From Bugula neritina (Eukaryota; Animalia; Bryozoa): a stretch of 64,000 nt of DNA. Under the pieces are notes generated by a model. It did not search any database. It was not told the origin of the DNA and saw only the letters and a list, made by a program, of their open reading frames with translations. The DNA lies in contig OZ037767.1 in assembly GCA_964035545.1 (NCBI GenBank), positions 16,300,581 to 16,364,580 on the forward strand, written 5' to 3'. Position numbers and translations under genes: made by a program. This document shows, piece after piece, positions 1-13,316 of the stretch. Numbering within the stretch: the first letter of the stretch is position 1; each line of letters opens with the position of its first letter.

Positions 1-3000
1 TCACTGCACGTCCTCGTTCTCGTGAGATCAGAGAAAACTCGAGTATTCGCGGAGCTTGTGGCACTTTTACTGCTTCCTGTTGTGTTACGACTACTTCCTG
101 TGAGACTTCGAGTGCTGCCGGTGCCGTACGTCTCGTGACTATGTTCAGAGATGGCGCTGAGTAACAAAACAAGTATAGTAATAAGAATAGCACACAGTAG
201 ACTAATAATAGCACACAGTAGACTAAGAATAGCACATAGTAGACTAAGAATAGCACACAGTAGACTAAGAATAGCACACAGTAGACTAAGAATAGCACAC
301 AGTAGACTAAGAATAGCACATAGTAGACTAAGAATAGCACACAGTAGACTAAGAATAGCACATAGTAGACTAAGAATAGCACACAGTAGACTAAGAATAG
401 CACACAGTAGACTAAGAATAGCACACAGTAGACTAAGAATAGCACACAGTAGACTAAGAATAGCACACAGTAGACTAAGAATAGCACACAGTAGACTAAG
501 AATAGCACACAGTAGACTAAGAATAGCACACAGTATACTAAGAATAGCACATAGTAGACTAAGAATAGCACACAGTAGACTAAGAATAGCACACAGTAGA
601 CTAAGAATAGCACATAGTAGACTAAGAATAGCACACAGTAGACTAAGAATAGCACATAGTAGACTAAGAATAGCACACAGTAGACTATGAATAGCACACA
701 GTAGACGAATAATAGCACACAGTAGACGCTGACCTGAGATGCTGAGTCATGGCAAAGTCTACGGATGGTCTGGCTGCCGAAATGAACTTGGGAGCAGCTG
801 CCGTGTTCTTTATTGAGCTGACTTCAAATTCCGACAGCGGTGCGGCATCAGAGTTAAACGGAGTGGAGGCCAGCCGGGCTTGCTGGGAGAAGTTGAACTC
901 TGTGTGACACTCGGTCACCTCCCTGCAAGGAATGGCAGATGTGAGGAAAACAGCACGCTGTCGACAGCACACACACAGCAGCCTCCAGAAATCTGCTGCT
1001 TTGTGTTTTTTAATATCCAATACTGGGTGGCTTGAAGGAAAATATCATTGTCATATACACTGGCTGAATGCCGGAAAAGGAGAACATTTAGAGAGAAAAA
1101 GAACATGGTTTATTTGGTGCTCAAAGCTACTAGCTTACTGCAACACTTCTCAGTAACCTCAATTAGTATATAACAAGCCAACTCACAAAAATTGACTTTA
1201 AAAAAAATTTTTTTAGCTCATGCTTTTACAAAATAACTTGAATGTTCTAATTTAAGTGAAAAGCAGAAACAGCTGGATGATTTCCATCTCTAGGTAATGC
1301 TGTGCTAGTCAATGCAAGAGAGAACATGTAGAGATAACATACTGTTGCAAAGTATCCGTGCTTTGTGGTGGAATTCTTGCAGGCAGATTCTCCTAAAACA
1401 GAAGGGAAATGAAGCTTTGGTTCTGTGGACTTATCTGTTGAGATGAATCATGACGAAACTCAATCCAAACCTTGACTTACAATATAAACTGCATCAGCCT
1501 AACAAGCACATGCTTATATTATACTTTTACAGACTAACATTAATCCTATATGAAAGAGTGTCTCAGGATAGCTGACAGTGTCAAGTGTGACAGGTGTGTC
1601 AAGTGTGACAGGTGTGTCAAGTGTGGCAGGTGTGTCAAGTGTAACAGGTGTCCAAAGTGTGACAGGTGTCCAAAGTGTGACAAGGGTGGCAGGTGTGTCA
1701 AGTGTGTCAATTAATACAAGTGTGTCAAGTGTGTTAAATGTGACAGGTGTCTACAGTATGGCAAGTGTGTCAAGTGTGGCAGGTGTGGGGCAAGGGTGAT
1801 AAGTGTGTAAACCGTGACATGTGTGCCACGTGTGGCAGGTGTGTCAGGGGTGGCAAGGGTGTCAAGCACAGCATGTGACATGTGAGTAAACTGTGTCAAA
1901 TGCATCAGGTGTGGCAAGTGTTTCAAGTGTGGCAGGGGGTGGCAGATGCGGCGGTGACACAACAGCCTGTACCTTATCAGAGTAGACTGAGAACGCTGAA
2001 TGTCGCCCAATGCTGACTTTTGGTGAATGCTGCTCGGCATTAAGTGACGTCTGCTGCCCGGAGACTGCTTCTACCTGTTGACATCCATGTGAGGGAGAAA
2101 CAAATCTCTCGAGAGGCGCAATACCCGTATTCGGCTCATCAGTATACATTTTAAAGTTGGAAGGTTTGAGGCTTGCGCTAACAGGTTCTTGATTATCAAC
2201 ATAAACCTGGAAGCTTGATGGCTTTTGAAAGGCATCTGCAGGTTCTTGGAGTCCTTGGTCATCAACATAAACCTGGAAGTTTGATGGCTTTTGAATGGCA
2301 GCTGCAGGTTCTTGGAGTCCTTGGTCATCAACATAAACCTGGAAGTTTGATGACTTTGGAACGGCAGCAGCAGTTTGCTGCTCAACATCAGCCCTTGCCA
2401 AAGCAGATAACCTACAGAGAGTATAAAACAGCTGAGAGAAGGAGACGCAAAGCCTTCCGAGTTTACACACAAAGTTCAGTCAATCAACTCCAGTATTTGA
2501 GGAGTAAGACGATAACACAGCCAGGGTGTCACACATTACTAGAATGTCAGACATTGCTAAGATGTCACAAATTGCTAATGTGTCACACATTGCTAGGGGG
2601 TCACACGTTGCTAGGGTGTCACACATTGCTAGGGTGTCATACATTGCTAGGGTGTTACATCCCGTTAGCCTGTGTCTAGTTCTCGGGAAGGACTCACCTA
2701 GTTGATGGTATTCTATCTATTTGAGAGTTCTGATTGGATGCACTGAATGTTTGGTTATACAAGTCGTTCATCAGCCTGTCACAGTCTTGAGTCATTCCAA
2801 AAGGTGACATCTACAGCACACAAAACACAAAAGTAAAATCTGCAGCAAACAAGGTGTCAGCATTGTCTCAGCTTTTTAGCAGCATCAACTAACTACAAGG
2901 TTTGTCTAACTTGAACATAGTGACAGCCAGGCTCTGCACCAATGTGCGGGGGGGGGGCTGAGCAAGCTCACCTTGATGAAGGACTTCTTGGCACAAGATG

Positions 3001-3610
3001 TGTCTGGTGTGCGGTGTCTCTTTGAGCTCCTTACAGACGACACAGACTTGGGATCAGGAGTTCTGCAACAGAAAACATGTGTGAAACCAGACGTGAGAGC
3101 AAACTGCGAAGAGAGTAACTGAAGGCTGTTGACTAAACTTCCACGTACTTGTCATCCATCTGCTGAGAATGTGCTTCCTTGTTAGAGCCAGAGCAAGAGA
3201 GCTTGGTCTCAGTAGTGGATCCAGAGAGCTCAGGGCCAGTGGTGGATCTAGAGAGCTTAGGACCAGTGGTGGATCCAGATGGCCAGTGGTCAGTGGTGGA
3301 TCTAGCGAGCCGGTGGTCAGTGGTGGATCCAGCGAGCCGGTGGTCAGTGGTGGATCCAGAGAGATCAGGGCTAGTGGTGAGTCCAGAGATCCTGTGGTCA
3401 GTGGTGGATCCAGAGATCCTGTGGTCAGTGGTGAATCCAGAGAGCTCAGGGCCAGTGGTGGATCTAGATGGCTTATCACTATAGAATGCTGCCTGAGCTT
3501 TGGTTTCTTCCAGAATTTGTTTCACCGTTTCAGATCTCAGTTCTACCAACTCATCTCTAAAAGACTTCATACTACAAATAAAACATATTATGACACAATT
3601 GGTACTCACT
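1..3610 (-). CDS. BUB1: Partial duplicate of BUB1/MadBub (middle exons only; continues beyond the left window edge; 5' exons absent); functional status unknown
   Basis: Colinear, same-strand match to 55228-59378. Exons at about 3146-3571, 2971-3061, 2697-2810, 1973-2419, 1343-1393, 735-923 and 1-158 keep open frames and GT-AG sites (ABBA repeats FQVYVD, ARLASTPF, LSAISE). Homology stops abruptly at about 3610. Confidence 0.8.
181..724. repeat. Intronic 21-bp minisatellite (AGAATAGCACACAGTAGACTA), about 25 units
   Basis: Direct tandem repeat; same unit as 55408-56562. Confidence 0.97.
1575..1935. repeat. Degenerate 9/18-bp intronic repeat (TGTCAAGTGTGGCAGG-like)
   Basis: Visible tandem units; counterpart at about 57405-57745. 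Confidence 0.85.
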
Positions 3611-4959
3611 ATATATAATATATAGCAATAATTTTACACAAGTCAAAATACCAGCCTAATTTCAAATGAAAATAGTAGAATTGTGAGGAGTTTATTATGA
3701 AATAAGATTTCTTAGAGTTATCATCCCTTGATTTAGACACCAAAAATAAACTATTCCAGAAGGTTTTAGAAGATTGTTAAAATACAGTTTTTCACTTTAA
3801 CATGCTAGTCAAGACATGATATTATTTAGACGCTGTTAGATGACGTGTTACCATGCAACATTAAACCATGAGCTTCCCTATCTAAACTATGTAACTTATA
3901 AAAATGTAACTATAAGTATTTATCTATAAGCTTTGATTATAAAGCCTTTGGGAAAAATTTATAGTGAAATATTAATGATTAAATTTTTCTATGAAATGTT
4001 TTTCCTCGTAAAGGAAGCCTAAAGTACTCACCTGACAGTTAATTGAATTGTTATATTTTTTTAGTTGTTTGTAAATTATTTAATAGCAAAAAATATAGAC
4101 AGATATATCCTGGATAGCTGATTCTAAAGAATTTAAGCTAATCAGAATTGGTGACTGAATTTCCTTTGAATTTCTATACATTACTTATTTAATAGTTTCA
4201 AATTACAAATCCTCAGGGAATTAGGAGTTGTGCCCTATTGAATTTTCATGGTGTCGCTATCTATTTTGTAAACATTAATGATTTATGTACCATGAATTGG
4301 CTTTCCAAGAATTATCTAACTATTTGCTTTTCAGGATGTGGTGGTTGTATTTGTTTTTTAAATGATATTATTCATAAGTACATAGGAAATTCTAATACAA
4401 CTTTCAGTAAATTGAACAAAGCATTGAGTGAAACATGGGAATTTCTCAAAAGCTTGTTTCATAGCTATGATTGTATATCATTCTTGACCTGTTTCATTGA
4501 AATTATCAAAAGCTTAAGAGTGATAGCCAGGTTTTCAAAGTAAATATACTACAAGTTAGGGGGAGGGTTTCAAAGAGCTATTAAACTGACAAAGTTTCAA
4601 TGAAAATAAGCTAATTTAAAAACTGGCTGACTTAAAAACAATAATTGATATTAAAACTTTAATAATTTTCAAAATGTTGAATCATTTTTGCGAGAGAGGC
4701 ATTGATCTAAATTATGAAGAACTTTTATAAAATATTTGGTTTAAGTGTATAGCTTTTTTATAAAACAAGTGTCTAATTGTCTTTATAAGTTGCTTTTGAG
4801 TTTGATCAGCTGTAATTGCTAAACTTTTTAATTGTAAAATATATCTATATAAATCTACATAATTATTACTTTCACAACATTGCAATTGAAGACTATGCAC
4901 AAACACGCTGTTTATTTGACTGGCAGCAAAATTATCTTGATTTTATTATTCACCGACAG

Positions 4960-7920
4960 CGTGGATACGACTTGTTCAAATCGGGCTTCTCGAATCCAGC
5001 CTCTGTTCTTTACCACAACTCATCACCTTTACATCGGCCTCAACACCAGGCTCCACAACCCTCACTAACTTCTAGTCTGTTAACTCCACCACTGAGTGAA
5101 CGTAGCAGCAGCAGTGTAGGTGAGTGATAGGGTAGACAACTCCAGTTCTCATTTGACAATAACATTCGAAAATAATTAATGACTCCTATAATAAATTGAT
5201 TAGCATAACATTGTATATAGTTGAAAATAGTTTTCAACAACCAGGTTTTAACTTTTGAGCTTTTAGGTATAAATAATGAAGAAAGCAATCAAATAAAAAG
5301 ACTAAATTATTTGAATTTATAGAAGTTACTCTCTCTTTACTGGGAAAATCTTTTGGTAGAAATACAAGCTATGCTAGATGCATATTAAATACTATTACAT
5401 ATTATATCTATCTAACCCTGAGTTTAGAAAACTTTTGGACTGCTTCTGAATTTTTGTAGGCACGATAAAATATTATTTTTTGTGATTGCAGTTATATATA
5501 TTATGATTGTTTACAGAGTCCTCAAATGAAGGAGTTTCTTCCCCTACATCAACCAAGTCGGCCATCTTGGATTTAAGAAAATCTACTGCTAAAGAAACAT
5601 CATTGAAACGAAAAACACCAAACAAAGGTAATCCTAAACTTAAATGTCTATTTTGTTAGGTTTGCTGAGTATATGCAACGTCATAAATAATATTATTTTG
5701 ATCTAGTATCTGTTATTTTATTTGAAATTTTTAGTCAAAATTATGCCTTCAACATCTTTACATAACACACGTTACATTCGTAAGCATATTTAAGCATATT
5801 TAAGCATAAATACAAGCATATATAAGCAAGTATGTGTAAACATGCTTAAACATCCTTAAACATGCATAAGTGTGTATAAGCACATGTATGCACATTTCAG
5901 CATGATTAAATAAAGACATCATAATTTCAGAAGTTGCTAATCCACCAAAGAAAAAGCGAGAAAACTCAAAGCAGAACTTGAAGCAAACTCGCAAGCTGAG
6001 CGTTACTGAGCAGTCACCTATATCTGGCATTCTGATTCGAAGAGTCACTAAGTCCCATAATTCTACACCAGATGTCAAATGTAGCTCAGAACTCTGTGGG
6101 GATATTGACTCTATGTAAGTGTTGCTAATTATTTGTTTCTATTTTACTTTCAGAAAAAAACTGTTGGAAACTCAAATTTTCCACTGACCAAAAAAGAATT
6201 ATTGCTTATACAAAAATTATCGTACAATTTCAACTTTTCTGTACTACATTTTGACTTTCAACATGAATTTTTTTAAGAACTAAATCGGATGCTGCTATTA
6301 TTATATTATTGACCTATTTTTGGAAAAAATAATATATTTAATTGCAAAAAGAAAAGAAATATTTGTTAGGGTTTTGTCTATTATATGTTATCTGCAGACA
6401 TAATAATATAAATAAATGAGTTGACTACAGCACAAATTTGCCATCTAAAATTTTGTAAGCTATACCTGCATTGGGCTGTTATTTTACCTGCATGCAGGTA
6501 CAATGTGGTGATTATCATTTTACCTGCTGCATATGGCTTAATGTTGGGCTATTTTTTACCAGCAGGTATAACAATGTCATAGACTATTATTCTACCTACA
6601 GGTATAACAATGTTGGGCTATTACTTTACCTGCAAGTATAACAATGTTGGGCTATTACTTTACCTGCAAGTATAACAATGTTGGGCTATTACTTTACCTG
6701 CAAGTATAACAATGTTGGGCTATTACTTTACCTGCAAGTATAACAATGTTGGGCTATTACTTTACCTGCAGGTATAACAATGTTGGGCTATTACTTTACC
6801 TGCAAGTATAACAATGTTGGGCTATTACTTTACCTGCAGGTATAACAATGTTGGGCTATTATTTAACTGCAAGTATAACAATGTTTAGGCTACCTATTAT
6901 TTTACCTGCAGGTACAATGTGGTGGACAAATCGGAAGAATCTCAGAGAAAGCTGATGAGCATCAAGAACGTAATTGGAGACTATATCTGTAGGCTGTGTG
7001 ACACCAAGTATGCAAGTGTGTACGACCTGGCTGAACACAGATGTCCGAGCATCATCTACATAGAGTACAAGTGTCCTGAGTGCTCAAAAGGTTAGAGATC
7101 ATGTAGTGTTAAGTTCACCCACTATAAGCCCTTGTAGTGCAAGGGTTCGAATCCCAGTGGGGGCAAAAAATTTAATAAGTAAAAGTTTGATTAAACTAAA
7201 ATGAACAAATTTTCCCATGTAACAAATAAACTTTTATACTTTTTGTTGAATATTCAACTGAATTAAATAATGTAACACAGCTATAGACCTGGGTAAATGA
7301 CATGTAAAATGCAGTAAATAACAATAATTGGTAACAGGCAGCAAAAATTCTTATGCTGCTGCCAATGTTTAAAAGCTGTTTAACTTTTAGAAGTACAACT
7401 ATAGTTAGTCATACCATGTTATGATATATTGAATAAATAAATGTTTTTTCTTTCAAATTAACCGTAAACTATAAAAATAAGAATAGATAAATTTATAAAA
7501 TACAAAGTATTGAAAAAGCATATTAAAAACTTATTTACTAAAGCTTTTGGCAACCAAAACTTTAGTAAGCTAATATATATATGACTATAAAGAGGTTTAC
7601 TTTGTGGTAAGTAGAGAAATTCAAATTATGTCTACTATATTGTAATACATTTATATTATCTATATTATATTACAAATTATTCTATAATCAATATCTTTAT
7701 ATCATGTTATTTAAATATTTTATCTGTTGACTTTAACTTTTCAGTGTTCAACTGCCCAGCAAACTTGGCATCCCACAGGCGTTGGCACAAACCTAAACCT
7801 GCAGCAGACTCTCAACAAAACACTTCAAAACACAGAGAGAAGACAACTACCAAACAAATAGTTATTGCAGCTCCGCAGCGGATACCAAACCCTGGAAGGA
7901 TAACGTCTCATGATGACTAA
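4960..7920 (+). CDS. INSM: INSM1/Nerfin/EGL-46-like C2H2 zinc-finger transcription factor; exons 4960-5119, 5517-5627, 5931-6114, 6912-7090, 7745-7920; start exon not identified
   Basis: Phase-consistent splicing gives SPISGILIRR...GDIDSMYNVV...IGDYICRLC...LAEHRC...[26 protein letters not shown], the INSM/Nerfin signature. Stop TAA at 7918-7920. Confidence 0.9.
6470..6915. repeat. 34-bp intronic minisatellite built on the 3' splice site (TTACTTTACCTGCA(A/G)GTATAACAATGTTGGGCTA)
   Basis: Period of 34 bp (6631, 6665, ...). The last unit is the functional acceptor at 6911/6912. Confidence 0.93.
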
Positions 7921-10338
7921 TTTAAAATAATGTGTAAAATTCTTGTGAGACTTCCTTTGCTGAATTCTTTCATTCATAGTAAAATATTTTGAAGAACAAA
8001 CCCCCCCATCCACTTTCTCACTTTGTGGTTACTTATTTATATTATTTATTAGAGACCTTTATAGCCAAAGGCTTTGTGCAATCCTATAAATATAAATATT
8101 GTCTTAGATTTTAGTGTTTTTATAGTATAATTATATTATATATTGTTTCCTTTCCATGATTTAATCTAAGTTATTTATGATGTTGTCTACCAATTGAATT
8201 CCGTCCAATAAATCTCTAATTGTCAAGTACATGTGTATACGCAACATGCTTCAAATGGAGTGGAACAAAAGTGAAGGATGAAAATCTCTACAGTATATAT
8301 AAGTTACATAATTCTACATCTCCAGTACTAAAGCATTTAGACTAAGATGCAGCTAACTCAAACAAAAATTAGCTATTTCTGTGAGTTTCAGGGACTAAAG
8401 TATTAGAATTATCTTTCCAGAAAACTATAAGCCTAAAGTCTTTACTTTATAAATATAAAAATTTAGTGAAAATAATAATCTTCCAATTTTTGTTTTCACA
8501 TATTTGAAAGTATTTGGAATTACTTTAGAATTTTAAAATTCTGACAATATCAACCGAATAAAAGTTTTCACTTTGTATTTGCTTAATAATGTTTAAAACA
8601 TTGTCATGGCATTTCTTTCTTGTAGTTTTAAAATTTTCTACAGTTGCATTAGAAGTTACAAATTTTAGTTATAAGGATAATATAAAAACAGCATTTCCCT
8701 CTGCTTACAAAGCTTTACAACTATAGCTAACACTTGCAGTGGAATTATTTCACAGATCAAAAGCCTGAAAAAGAATTTGTTGTTTATTTGCAGAAATGGA
8801 GAAATTAAATTCATTTTTCTGTTTAATGTACCATCTGAACATATTTGCTAAAAAAAACTCCGAGTTGGAAGAAAAATAGAACCATTTGCTTACTTGAAAT
8901 TTTGAAAACTACATAATATAATATAAATATATATTATATAAAATATAGTACGATATAAATATAGTCAACTTGAGAAAATAGTTTATAGATATTTAAGCTA
9001 ACAAGCTTTGCACTCCATTAAGCTTTTCTTATAAAGCTCATAGATACTGCTTCAAGCTATGGAAACAGCCATGACTAGCTGAAAACTATAATATGCTGAT
9101 TATAATTTCTATAAATAGAAAGATTAGATGTCCAGTTATTAGTAAGATCTGACTGCAGTGAAGCTAGCTAGGAATAATTATATTAATATTCTGCATGATA
9201 CTTTATATACGGCATGAAAATACTAAGATGTTATAATGACAGTTATATTCTTTCTGTTTATTATTTCTATTATTTTGCTGATAAACTTAAAATTTTTATG
9301 AGAATTCTTTTCAAAATGATTATTTATATTACCTTCATTTTTAAATTGAAGTTTTTCAGCTTGAAAATGCAAGTATAGAAGATTATTTACTGGTTCAAAA
9401 CAATGTTCTTTATTTTACTGATTATAATATACAAAGCGTTTATTATAATAGATTATAATTCGAGCAGTTTACTTACACTGTTACATTACATTAGCTTATA
9501 ACATACTTTGAGAAGTTGCAATTTAGGATATTTTTAATGGTTTCGATTTTATTGAAATTATTCCAACTATATGGTGTGAAATGATAAAATTATTTTGATT
9601 AAACTAACACAAAAAATCTATAAAACCTACATTTACCTTTTTTGTTGTAGAACTGCAGTAAAACTCTACTACTCCTGGACGTGGTGATTCATCACAATAC
9701 TATGCAGCAACTATACCAATTGGAGCCCTCCCACAAATATCTCATTTTCTCTGCATCTTCTTGTTTTTTTATTGAATGTTATAGGAGTTATCTTTTCTCG
9801 AGGAATTGTTTTTACCTGGTAAGCATTGTTGCTAGCAAGAAATAATTTTATCATTCTACAAGATCTTTTAGTTTGAAATTGTAACTGATTAACAGTTTTG
9901 GTTTATTGTCAACTATAAGATTTTATGGCAGCTCAAATTCAAAGAGCTTTCGTGCACTATTTTATTACCTTTTTTTCTGAAGAAAACTCTGTTTATAAAA
10001 AAATATAGCGTATAAAAATTTTAAAAAATTATTTTTTAATGGCTTCTACTAAAATTAAAATTAAAACAATATTTTTTTGGATTAAGGTATTAAAATTTGT
10101 TCAACTAAAACAAAAGAAAAATTGATGACGTGTATTAACTATTAAGCATTTGACTGGTTTTGTTGTAGAGTTACAGTAAAATTCTGGAGAGAATTCAAAA
10201 AAGCTACAGAAGTTAAAATTCTAATGAATGAAGTTGGTATAGAAAGACCTAAAAAAGTGCCATCTTCTAGTACATCTGTGACAAGAAAGTGGGTTTGGTC
10301 TTCCCCCACAACAAAGTTTATTAGCTACAACAATATAA

Positions 10339-10524
10339 GTGTTTTACAAAACGCATTACTGCAACTGGATGTGTTCCTCTCAACTAATATACTATGATTG
10401 GACAAAGAGTAGCCTCAACTCATAATGTTCAGACTGTAAGCATCACAACTCACTAAGTGTCCATCTCTGCACGAAGCTGTGAGCTGAGTTTCTCCTACAC
10501 CGAGGTCAGGTGCTGGACAGCCTC
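10339..10524 (-). pseudogene. Isolated BUB1 exon/intron remnant
   Basis: Matches 60017-60221 on the same strand. The exon is 5'-truncated and has an in-frame CAG>TAG stop; the GTGAG donor is retained. Confidence 0.85.
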
Positions 10525-12217
10525 AAGTGATGCTATTATGTTAACAAAATTCAATCTACATTTCTGTATTTTTATGTGTGAAATTATCATATTAATGGTG
10601 TAAATGTGTGATAGTTGAATTATACACAGAAGTTCAAAGTTTGCATCTTTTCTAACCATCAAACTGCCAAGTTTTATATGTTTTCAAGTTGAAATGTTTA
10701 AGTTTGCAAGTTATTTTTGGTACCTACCTATTTTGATACCTGAGCTATATTTTCTCTACATCTAAACTTGAAACTCTAACACATGCCAATATAAAAACAG
10801 CTCACAACATTTAGTACCGAGTGATTTCAATTATAAGTTTTTAAAGGCATTTATATATTCTTTTGCTTATATAGTTAGAATTATCCTACTCTAGCCGCAG
10901 TTTAAGTAGTTCAAACACTTTATCACCTACTTTATTTCCCTGGCAAAAAGTTTACGCTATTTTGGTATCAGCTTTTAGTAATATATAATCCGTGGAACTT
11001 TCAGCTAAACAAATTAGTCTAGTTAATCTTGCAAGCCAGAAGAAAGAAGGGGTAGCAATAATTCTGTATCCTAATTATTATGTAATAAGGTCCACTTTCA
11101 AAAGACTCACGCCCTTGAAAAGCTGTATAATTACTGACCAATCAGAGAGGATTAAAATTTGAGAAACTCAGAAAGCTAAAAGTCAAAGGCTGTAGTTAAA
11201 GACTTACATAATAGAGTAGCTGTCATCAGCTGGTGATTACAGTTTAGTTGTGGGTAATTTTTGTACTTGCATGTGAGCTGTATATCCAATGAAATGAGTT
11301 TAACTTATACTAAATTTGACCCAGTAAATTTGTTTTTAAAGTTTAGGTCGCTCTTACCATCAAAGAATAATGCACCAACTATTTTTAATTATAGCAAATG
11401 AATTCCTGCAAGACTTTATTTTCTCAACCATCATTTTTAGCTTTGATTTGTCAGTTTTAATCTTTGGAAATGTGATTGTACAATTTTTACACCTATTTCA
11501 AACTTTCAAATTTTATTTGAGAGAAAATATGGTTATAAAATACTATTAATAAAAATATGTTATACACACCATAAAACATCCATTATATAGTTGGACTGGT
11601 CAAAGCATACTTCAATTCAAAAAAAATTTCTATTTCAATAATATAACATATACTATATACATATAAAGCATGGATTTTATGACCACCATTTTAGTTTTCT
11701 TGCATATTGTGGCTTCATATATAACTATAAAACTTGAACTGTTATAAATGTTTTTGTTTGCTGCAAGAAGCATCAAATAAATCAAGTAATTTTCATGTTA
11801 ATTATTTGCACTGCTTTACTTCCTTTCTACCTTTCTATTAGTACAAATGGCAGAACCTTTAATAAATAGGATGTTTTATTTTACTCTCAATAGTTACTTT
11901 ACTAATGGCAGTGGGAGACAAAATTAGCCAACTAGAGTTATTATATAAATTACTAAAACATAATAGTTCATTATGGATTCAGCTGGCATCTTGAACTATT
12001 TCTCTAAAATGCTTGGATAAGACTAATTGCACATTCAAACGTTCTTCATCACCACTTGGAGTTTGGTTTTATAAAATATTCTAAGTAGTTGGCCTAAGTT
12101 TACTTATTGACCAATCACATGCATCCATTACTGCATTTGCTCAACCTGGTTACTTCTGAGATAGGGCTCTTCCCAGGAGATAGGGTTCTTCCCAGAGTTG
12201 TTGACCTAGTTTTATGT

Positions 12218-12260
12218 TGACCAATCAAATTCGAACACATTCCATTGTGACTATAAATAC
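12218..12260 (+). promoter_or_regulatory. Putative Pol II promoter (CCAAT box plus TATAAA) of the orphan gene
   Basis: GACCAATCA at about 12218 (second copy at about 12109) and CTATAAATA at 12251-12259, about 80 bp upstream of the ATG at 12335. Confidence 0.55.
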
Positions 12261-12334
12261 AGCAGTGTGTTCTTTAAGGTTCAGTCTACAAATTATCTGT
12301 GTAATACATCTGAATCTGAACTCTATACTCCACA

Positions 12335-13316
12335 ATGAGCAGCAACAGCACATTTGGTGAGTGATTATGCATACAATACTTGTATTTTTCTAATTTATCA
12401 GGGAGCATTAAAGAGAATATTCTATCTTGAAATTTTGGAACTAAATTATATCTGAGAGTAATTAAAAACATTTTCATCCTTATAGTTAAAAAATCTTTTT
12501 AATTGTTTTTCTATTTTTAAGATGTAACTATTAATAAATTTTATGCATGTAACTTTAGTTTAGCTTGCAGAGCCTTTAAAACTTATTCTATAATCTGATT
12601 CTAATCTACAAACTAGTAATACTGCAAATTGGTTGTATAATATCACAGCTAACTCTTTCATCACAGCTTATTTGTTTAAATTAAAAATACTTGCTTAGTA
12701 CTAAATTGCAGTGCAATACAATAGTGTAATACATAGTGGAGTACAAAATGTGATGTATAAAATTGCATAACCTTATATTTTAATTTTAGACATTAAAAAA
12801 CTCCCTCCAAAGAAGAGATACACATTAGTATGGAGAAATTTTAACATTCCTCCACCTGCACACATAGCAAGACAATATGTTGAGATAACCCAACCAGAAC
12901 CATACTATGATTATAATGAGTAAGTTCTGCTTTACTGCTGAGTCTTTCTGTTGCAACCAAAATTCTTAGTCAAACTGCTCTCTGATTACCAGATAAACTT
13001 TCTCCATACTGATATTTTTAGTCTAGATCTGTCAGGTATGTGTTTGCAAGGCTTAAATTAACAATAAAGGCATATATTTAGATATAGAAATATTCCATGC
13101 AATCAGTAGTTCTATTAGATGATGGTGTAATTCTAAACTTTGACTGACACAAGAGAAACTGTTATTAATCTTCATATAATAATATCTGAATAACTATTAT
13201 TTTATTATACTTTTAGAAAGATGACAAGTTACCTCCAAGATGGTAGACTACATACATATTATGTAATAAACTCTGATACTCAGGTGAAAAGGAGAGCTGA
13301 ATCTGCCACATGCTGA
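12335..13316 (+). CDS. Small 3-exon gene, 83 aa, unknown function (exons 12335-12356, 12790-12919, 13217-13316)
   Basis: Donors GTGAGT and GTAAGT, acceptors TTTTAG, consistent phases. Product MSSNSTFDIKKLPPKKRYTLVWRNF...AESATC*. TATA upstream, AATAAA at about 13505. Confidence 0.7.

Noticed and set aside
151-690. 179-aa (RIAHSRL)n ORF, and the 396/449-aa equivalents at 55205-56568
   Set aside because: Translations of an intronic 21-bp minisatellite that lacks stops in some frames.
7095-7175. tRNA-like sequence with a B-box (GGTTCGAATCC); a similar one at about 40320-40400
   Set aside because: I could not build a convincing cloverleaf. At most a tRNA-derived SINE relic; needs tRNAscan-SE and a repeat library.
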